The notes under the pieces: generated by a model
The model's input: only the letters and a program-made list of their open reading frames with translations
Told to the model about the DNA's origin: nothing
The model's database searches: none
DNA from: Myxococcota bacterium
Lineage (GTDB): Bacteria > Myxococcota_A > UBA9160 > UBA4427
Length of the DNA: 64,000 nt
Reading direction: 5' to 3'
NCBI GenBank assembly: GCA_036336835.1
Contig: JAYZFK010000024.1
Span: forward strand, 11,687 to 75,686
Shown here: positions 58,295 through 64,000 of the stretch, one piece after another
Numbering within the stretch: position 1 is the stretch's first letter
Layout of the letters: each line of letters begins with the position of its first letter
Translations under genes and position numbers: made by a program

Positions 58295-59563
58295 TCAATC
58301 CGAGCGGCGCAGCTCGCGCGCGAGCGCGAGTGCGGCGTCGACGTTGCGCTGCATGAACGCACTGAGCAGCGCGCTGACTTCGTCCGGCCGATTCGCGAGC
58401 GCCGCCGCATGTGTCTCGACTTCGATCCGCTCGCGCTCGATGCGCTCCTCGAGCTCGGCCCAGCGCTTGCGCAACCGCGGCGTGCTGCACGCGAAATCGC
58501 GAGAGGCCGCGCGCTGCAGCTGCTCGAAGACGTGCCAGGCCGAAGCTTCGCTCGGCGCGTCGCCCCCGCTCGCGAGCTCGAAGGGCAGCACGCCGTCCAG
58601 GTAGACGGGCAGGAAGATGCCGGTGCACGGCGTCGCAAACCCGATCCACACCGGCCAGGGGCGTGCGCGCTCGGTCGGCAGCTCGGCGATCATGCTCGCC
58701 GTGGTGGTGCCGACCGGCTCGCTGTGCATACACAGCGTGAAGTAGCGCTCGTCGTCGGGCGTCGCGTCGGCGGGCGGCGCCATCCCGCCCGCGTGATGAT
58801 CGCGCAGCAGCCGCCGCAGGCTCGCCACATCGTGGCGCTCGTCGGCCGCGAGCAGCTCGGTCGAACGGCGCAGCCGCCCTTCCGAGATGCGCCCGGGGAC
58901 GTGCTCGTTGCGATACGCGGCCGCAATATCGACGCGGCCCTCGTCGCGCCACCAGCCCTCGGCGCGCGCGAACGTCTCGAGATCGCGCGAGCCGATCTCC
59001 CAGTCGGCGCGCAGCGTCAGGTGATTGGAGAGCGCCCCGGCCTCGATGCGTCGCGCGGCCCAGCGGCGACCGCTGGTCTCCATCGACCACGCCTCGCACG
59101 GGTCGGCCAGGTTGAAGCTGTTGTGATAGCCGGCAGCGCCCGGGCCGAGCGCCGCACCGCCCTGCCCGTGCTTCTCGAGCAGTGTCGCGATCACCTCGAC
59201 CGCCTCGCGCGCGGTACGCCCGCGCTCGAGGCCGAGCCGCACGAGATCCATCCCGATCAGGCCGGGGGCCGGCTCGATCTCCTCGCGCGAGAAGACCGCC
59301 TGGTTACCGATGGCGACGGCGTGCTCGTTGACGCCGTGCTCGAAGCCCCAGACCCACCAGGGCGAGTGGCCCATGACGCGATAGGTCTCTGCCACCTGTG
59401 GGATCTGGATGTGGCTGCAGCGTACGGACGCCCCGCGCGGATGGTAGGCCGCCGCGTGTTGCACGAAGGGCTGGCACTCGCCGGCCTTGCGGTCGCTGTT
59501 CTTGGCAAAGAGCGTCGAGCCCGAGACGGAGCGGGTCGGGGCGAGCACGACGGAATCACACAC
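58295..59563 (-). CDS. C69 family (secernin-like) Ntn peptidase
   Basis: Start GTG-TGT gives N-terminal nucleophile Cys (MCDS); AKNSDR, WGFEHGVNEH, GMDLVRLGLERG, LCMH. Confidence 0.88.
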   Translation of the reverse strand: MCDSVVLAPTRSVSGSTLFAKNSDRKAGECQPFVQHAAAYHPRGASVRCSHIQIPQVAETYRVMGHSPWWVWGFEHGVNEHAVAIGNQAVFSREEIEPAPGLIGMDLVRLGLERGRTAREAVEVIATLLEKHGQGGAALGPGAAGYHNSFNLADPCEAWSMETSGRRWAARRIEAGALSNHLTLRADWEIGSRDLETFARAEGWWRDEGRVDIAAAYRNEHVPGRISEGRLRRSTELLAADERHDVASLRRLLRDHHAGGMAPPADATPDDERYFTLCMHSEPVGTTTASMIAELPTERARPWPVWIGFATPCTGIFLPVYLDGVLPFELASGGDAPSEASAWHVFEQLQRAASRDFACSTPRLRKRWAELEERIERERIEVETHAAALANRPDEVSALLSAFMQRNVDAALALARELRRSD

Positions 59564-59822
59564 GGGAGCAGGATATCCCGCTGCCGCGAGACCGCACAGG
59601 CTCGGCCCGCCGGCCGGGCCACGGCGGACGCTGGTGCTCCCCAAGTGCCTCGCCGCCGCCTAGAATGGCTTGCCGCCCGCTCCGGCCAGGGCGCTTCGAG
59701 GAGATCGATGACGCTCGCAAGCTGCGACGAGCTCGGGTTCGTCTGGCCGTGGGCCCGACGCGGGCCGACCGACTCGACCAGCTCGGCCGACTAACGTTCG
59801 ATGGACACCCCCGGCTGACCCG

Positions 59823-62015
59823 ATGCCCCGAAATTTCGCGCGCATCGCCGCGTACGCTGCGACCTCGGCCGTGCTCGCCTGCCTGCTGCTGCTCGCGGCC
59901 GGGCCGATCCTGACCGACGACCTGTGGTGGCACCTCGCGATGGGTCGCGCGTACGCGGCGGGCGGGCCGTGGCTCACCGCCGATCCACTGCTCCACACCG
60001 CGCACGCCAGCGGGCCCGTGCAGCACGAGTGGCTGTTCGGCGTGCTGGCGCACGGCATCGAGCGGCTTGGCGGCTTCCACGGCCTGCGCATCGCGCACGC
60101 GCTCGCCGTGCTCGGCATCGCGGCGCTCGCCCACTCGCTGATCCGTCGCGAAGCGCGCATCGCGGAGCTCGCCGCACTCGGCACCGGCATCTTCCTGGTG
60201 CTCGCCTGGTGGCGCCTGATGCAGGCGCGACCCGACCTGGCGAGCATTGCAGCAACGCTCGTCTGCTACCGCCTGCTGATCGAGCCGGAGCGCCGCGTGC
60301 CGTCGTGGGCACGGGTCGGAGGCTTTGCGGCGCTCGCGGCCTTGTGGGCGAATCTGCACTCGCTGTTTGCGATCGTGTTTCCACTCGGCCTGGCCGCCGT
60401 GCTCGGCCTGGCCGCCCGCGGGCTCGCGGCGCGGCGGCTCGGCGAGCAGGCGGCCGCGTTCTCCGAGGACTTCGCACGAGCCCGGCGCGTCGGCATCGGC
60501 CTCGTCCTGGCCGCGATCGCCAGCCTGCTCAACCCCCGCGGACTGGCGCAGCACCTGACGTTCTTCAGCTCGTCGCGCGGTGCGGCGATCTGGCAAGTGC
60601 GCGACGAGTGGCGACCGTTCGATCCCTTCCACTTCGGGGCCGAGCACGAGTCGCTCGGGTGGCTGGAGTGGTGGACTGCCGATGTGCTGCTCGCCGCGTT
60701 CGTCGCGGCCGCACTGACGGGCGCAGTTCGCTTCCTGCGCGCTCCGAGCGAGCGCTCTCTGCGCGCCGTCGATCCCGTGCTGTATGCGCTCGGCTGCGCC
60801 TCGATCGCGGCTCTGCTCGTGTCGGTGCGCTTCCTGTGGCTCGGCATCTTTCCGCTGCTGTGTCTGCTGCGGACCACGCGCGAGCTCGGCCTTGCGTCGC
60901 GCGCGGCACCGGCCTGCGCCCTGGCCGCCGTCGCGCTCGCGCTGGCCTTTCCGACCCTGTCGAGCTGGTGGGTCGTCCGCAGCACGCAGCCGCAGTCGTT
61001 GGCCGCGCTCGGGCGCGCGCCCTACCTGGCGCACAAGTACGCCGTGCCCGGGGTACGGATGCTTCGCGACAGCGGCATCGAGGGCAACCTGTTCAACTCC
61101 TACGGCTCGGGCGGCTTCCTCGGCTACTGGCTGTCCCCGGCGCTGCGCACCTTCGTCGACGGCCGCACCGAGCACTATCCGCCCGCGGTGCTCGACGACT
61201 ACCTCGCCGTCGTGAACCGCAATCCGACCGATGCACGGGGCCTGGCAGAGATCCTGGACGAACGCGGCGTCGACGTGTTCTTTGGCTTCGGCCTTCCCAA
61301 CGACGTGCCGCGCCACGGCATGCGCTACACGGCAGGCCACCTGCTGGGTGCCGACGACTGGGTCGTCGTCTCGAGTTCGGTGCTCCACCGGATCTGGCTG
61401 CGGCGCGACGACCGCGAGAACCTCGAACGCGCAGCGGCCTACTACGCCGCGCGGGAGGTCCCGTTCGATCGCTCGCGCGGCTTCGAGCCCGCGCGAGTGC
61501 TGGCGCAGCGGCCGGACTGGGCGATCGAGGCGAACCTGGTGCCCGCAGAGTACCCGCAACTGGTCGCCGCCTACCGTGACGGCAGCGCCACCCGCGACGA
61601 ACTGCGCCGGCTCGCGGTCGTGCTGGCGCTCGTCGGTGCCCACGAGCAGCAGCTCGAGGTCGACTTCGCCTACGAGGAGGCACACGGCGCGGACGCCGGC
61701 TCGCAGCGCCGGATCGTCTACGCGCTGCTCCAACTCGGGCTCTACGAGGAGGCGCACACGATCGCCCAGTCGCTGCCCGCGCTCGCGCCCGAGCCGCCGC
61801 ACGCCGAGAACGAGAGGACCGCCCGCCAGCTGGAGGCCGTCGCCCGGACGGCCGGCCAGCTCGCCTTCCACCGGCTGCGCGAGCAGCGGCAGGCCGGCGC
61901 GCCGCTGCCAGTGACGGGGCTCGATCGCTTCCCACTGCTGAGCCCCGAAGAGATGCAGTGGATCCTCGATGCTCAGCGAACCCTGGTCCTGCCGATCCGC
62001 ACCACGGCGCCGTAG
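59823..62015 (+). CDS. Polytopic GT-C-like membrane protein
   Basis: DDLWWHLAMGR, HEWL, RPDL, WANLH, LLNP, EW, FNSYGSGGFL, FVDGR motifs. Confidence 0.65.
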   Translation: MPRNFARIAAYAATSAVLACLLLLAAGPILTDDLWWHLAMGRAYAAGGPWLTADPLLHTAHASGPVQHEWLFGVLAHGIERLGGFHGLRIAHALAVLGIAALAHSLIRREARIAELAALGTGIFLVLAWWRLMQARPDLASIAATLVCYRLLIEPERRVPSWARVGGFAALAALWANLHSLFAIVFPLGLAAVLGLAARGLAARRLGEQAAAFSEDFARARRVGIGLVLAAIASLLNPRGLAQHLTFFSSSRGAAIWQVRDEWRPFDPFHFGAEHESLGWLEWWTADVLLAAFVAAALTGAVRFLRAPSERSLRAVDPVLYALGCASIAALLVSVRFLWLGIFPLLCLLRTTRELGLASRAAPACALAAVALALAFPTLSSWWVVRSTQPQSLAALGRAPYLAHKYAVPGVRMLRDSGIEGNLFNSYGSGGFLGYWLSPALRTFVDGRTEHYPPAVLDDYLAVVNRNPTDARGLAEILDERGVDVFFGFGLPNDVPRHGMRYTAGHLLGADDWVVVSSSVLHRIWLRRDDRENLERAAAYYAAREVPFDRSRGFEPARVLAQRPDWAIEANLVPAEYPQLVAAYRDGSATRDELRRLAVVLALVGAHEQQLEVDFAYEEAHGADAGSQRRIVYALLQLGLYEEAHTIAQSLPALAPEPPHAENERTARQLEAVARTAGQLAFHRLREQRQAGAPLPVTGLDRFPLLSPEEMQWILDAQRTLVLPIRTTAP

Positions 62016-63550
62016 GGTCGAGCAAAGGCGACCTCCGCCAGACCGCGTTCGGTCAACCCCCGCGTCGCAAGGGGTGCCCAGCCCGCGGAGACGAGCCAGG
62101 TCTCGCGCCGCGCCGCGCCTTCGCGCTCGCGAACGCGGCGAAGCAGACCGCCAACGTGATCGGACGCATCGCGCCGCTTCGAGCCGGCGCGCAACACCCA
62201 GCTGCGCGACACGATCAGCTGCGCCGCCCCCCAGGTGTAGCGGCGATGCGAGGCCGGGGCGTCGGACGCGAGCACCGCATCGGCAAACAGGGGCTGCAGG
62301 AAGTAGAAGGCCTGCTGATCGAGCAGCACGCGTACCGGCCGCTCGCGAAGTTCCGCGACGGGGAGCGCCGCGAGCTGTTCGGGAGTCGCCAGCCGTTCGA
62401 CCTGGGTGCCGAAGCGAAGCTTCGACGCACCGACCAGCGTATCGGGAAGCTGGGGCAGCGCGACGCCGAGCGCGAGTGCGACGCAGCCGGCCGGCAGCGC
62501 CAGGCCCCTCCCCGACAGCAGCCAATGCACGCCCTCCGCCGTCACGGGTAGGAGCAGGACGAACAGATAGGTCGCGTGCCGCGTGCCCCCCAACGGGTAG
62601 AGCCCCGCGACCGCGAGCCCGGCGCCGATCCCGAGCGCGATCAGTGCGAGCACTCCGAGCGATCCGGCTCCCCGACGAAACGACACGACGAGGCCCACAC
62701 AGGTCAACAGCGTCGCCATCCCGTCGAACTCGAGCCCGAACAAGAAGTGGTGGAGCCCGACGAACGAGAGCCACAGCTCGCCCGCGCTCGCGGGCAGGAA
62801 GGGCTCGAGCCAGCCCATGTTCTGGAAGGGATTCGCGCTCGCTCGAAAGTCGCGGAAGTGCAACAGGTAGGTGGCGCCAAGCAGCCCGAGCGCGCCCGCG
62901 TGCAGCAGCGCAAGTGGTCGCCAGCGCGTGCGCTGCACCCCGCCCGTGGCCGCTCCCAGGACGAGCCAGCCGAATGTCGCCGCGAGCGCCAGGGCCGAAC
63001 CGTAGTGCGTGAGCAGCGCCAGACCGAGCGCACCCGCATACAGCCACAGGTCGCGGCGACGGCCGCGCGCGAGATAGCCGAGTAGCGCCCACCAGCCGAA
63101 CGCGAGCAGCGCAAACACCAGCGCATAGGGCCGCACCAGCTGCGACAGCGTAATCGCACCCGGCGAGACCGCGAGCGCGGCCGCGGCGACGAGCGCGGGC
63201 AGCGCGCCGAATGCGCGCCGCGTCAGCAGGAAGAGACCCCAGATCGCGAGCGTGCCGAACAGCGCCGCGGGCCAACGCAGCCACTCGGGTGTCTCGCCGA
63301 AGGTCGTCAGCGCGCGCAGCAGCAGGAAGAAAAATGGGGGATGCGCCGCCTCGCCGAGCCCGCGCGCGAACTCGCCCCAGCTCGGGGCCGTCGCCACCGC
63401 GCGGTAGATCCCCTCGTCCGGATTGAGCGCCCAGGTGCCGAGGCCCCGGGCGCGCAGCACCCCACCGAGCGCAACGATCGCGAGCCCCACCAGGCCCGCG
63501 CGGCGCTCGAGCGCCGCGCGCACACGATCGATCCGGCTCTCGGGCGCCAT
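61973..63550 (-). CDS. ArnT/GT39-family (GT-C) glycosyltransferase
   Basis: LNPDEG, HPPFFFLLL, LRWPAALFG, SQLVRPYAL, THY. Confidence 0.8.
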   Translation of the reverse strand: MAPESRIDRVRAALERRAGLVGLAIVALGGVLRARGLGTWALNPDEGIYRAVATAPSWGEFARGLGEAAHPPFFFLLLRALTTFGETPEWLRWPAALFGTLAIWGLFLLTRRAFGALPALVAAAALAVSPGAITLSQLVRPYALVFALLAFGWWALLGYLARGRRRDLWLYAGALGLALLTHYGSALALAATFGWLVLGAATGGVQRTRWRPLALLHAGALGLLGATYLLHFRDFRASANPFQNMGWLEPFLPASAGELWLSFVGLHHFLFGLEFDGMATLLTCVGLVVSFRRGAGSLGVLALIALGIGAGLAVAGLYPLGGTRHATYLFVLLLPVTAEGVHWLLSGRGLALPAGCVALALGVALPQLPDTLVGASKLRFGTQVERLATPEQLAALPVAELRERPVRVLLDQQAFYFLQPLFADAVLASDAPASHRRYTWGAAQLIVSRSWVLRAGSKRRDASDHVGGLLRRVREREGAARRETWLVSAGWAPLATRGLTERGLAEVAFARPYGAVVRIGRTRVR

Positions 63551-63674
63551 CCCGCGAGTCTATCGCCATGCCCGCGCGCCGGCGTGCCACCGCACGCAGG
63601 CCGCGGTCTCGGCCGACCGCGCTAGGCCAGGGCGCCAGACCCCAGGCGATCCGGTATCGTCTCGCGACCCCTGC

Positions 63675-63751
63675 GCGCCGGTAGCTCAGCTGGATAGAGC
63701 ATCAGGCTTCGAACCTGAGGGTCGGGGGTTCGAATCCCTCCCGGCGTGCCA
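63675..63751 (+). tRNA. tRNA-Arg(UCG)
   Basis: GCGCCGG..CCGGCGT-G-CCA, anticodon loop CT-TCG-AA, TTCGAAT T-loop. Confidence 0.96.
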
Positions 63752-63998
63752 TTGAAATCAACGAGTTATCGGAATCCAAGAAGTTCGCGTCCGACGCTGG
63801 GGCCGTATACGGCCGTTTACGTGCGCCGACTGCCAACCGCTTTTCCGCCGCGTCGATTCCGAAATCGGCAAACGAGAGATCTGTCTCCTCCTCGGGCATC
63901 AAGTGCGCGTACGTTCGGAGCGTAAACGCGGGATCCGCGTGACCGATCTGATCCGAGATCCAGCGGATGTTCTTCCCTGCCGCAATGGCGTGGCTCGC
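63702..63998 (-). mobile_element. int: C-terminal end of a tyrosine recombinase/integrase; boundary of an element integrated at tRNA-Arg(UCG)
   Basis: Frame open from the window edge: ASHAIAAGKNIRWISDQIGHADPAFTLRTYAHL (box II GH and catalytic Tyr), next to the tRNA 3' end. Confidence 0.85.
63756..63768 (+). promoter_or_regulatory. IHF-binding consensus next to the att junction
   Basis: AATCAACGAGTTA matches WATCAANNNNTTR exactly. Confidence 0.6.
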
Positions 63999-64000
63999 CC

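Noticed and set aside
57735..58604. ORFs starting in or spanning the tRNA genes
   Set aside because: Translations of tRNA sequence or shadow frames

Overview
Very GC-rich bacterial chromosomal window (roughly 70% by eye). The gene mix suggests a Gram-negative Myxococcota/deltaproteobacterium-like organism (inference): Omp85 barrel, sigma54 promoter, GlnE, FHA-GAF adenylate cyclase, F420 reductase. Most genes are housekeeping or metabolic: ETF-QO, class II RNR nrdJ, npdG, glnE, gor, nth, Ski2-like helicase, asd, P-II, argD and DAHP synthase. Among them are about eight polytopic GT-C-like glycosyltransferases. RNA genes are tRNA-Arg(UCU), tRNA-His(GUG), tRNA-Arg(UCG) and a probable 6S RNA. The window ends in a tyrosine integrase whose C-terminus reads antisense into tRNA-Arg(UCG), marking the edge of an integrated element. 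The best non-coding signals are a Thr/Lys leader-peptide attenuator in front of asd, tandem NrdR boxes plus a structured terminator-containing leader before nrdJ, and a -10 hexamer 6-8 nt before the start codon of 16 genes, pointing to widespread leaderless mRNAs. All calls come from reading motifs by eye; no searches were run.
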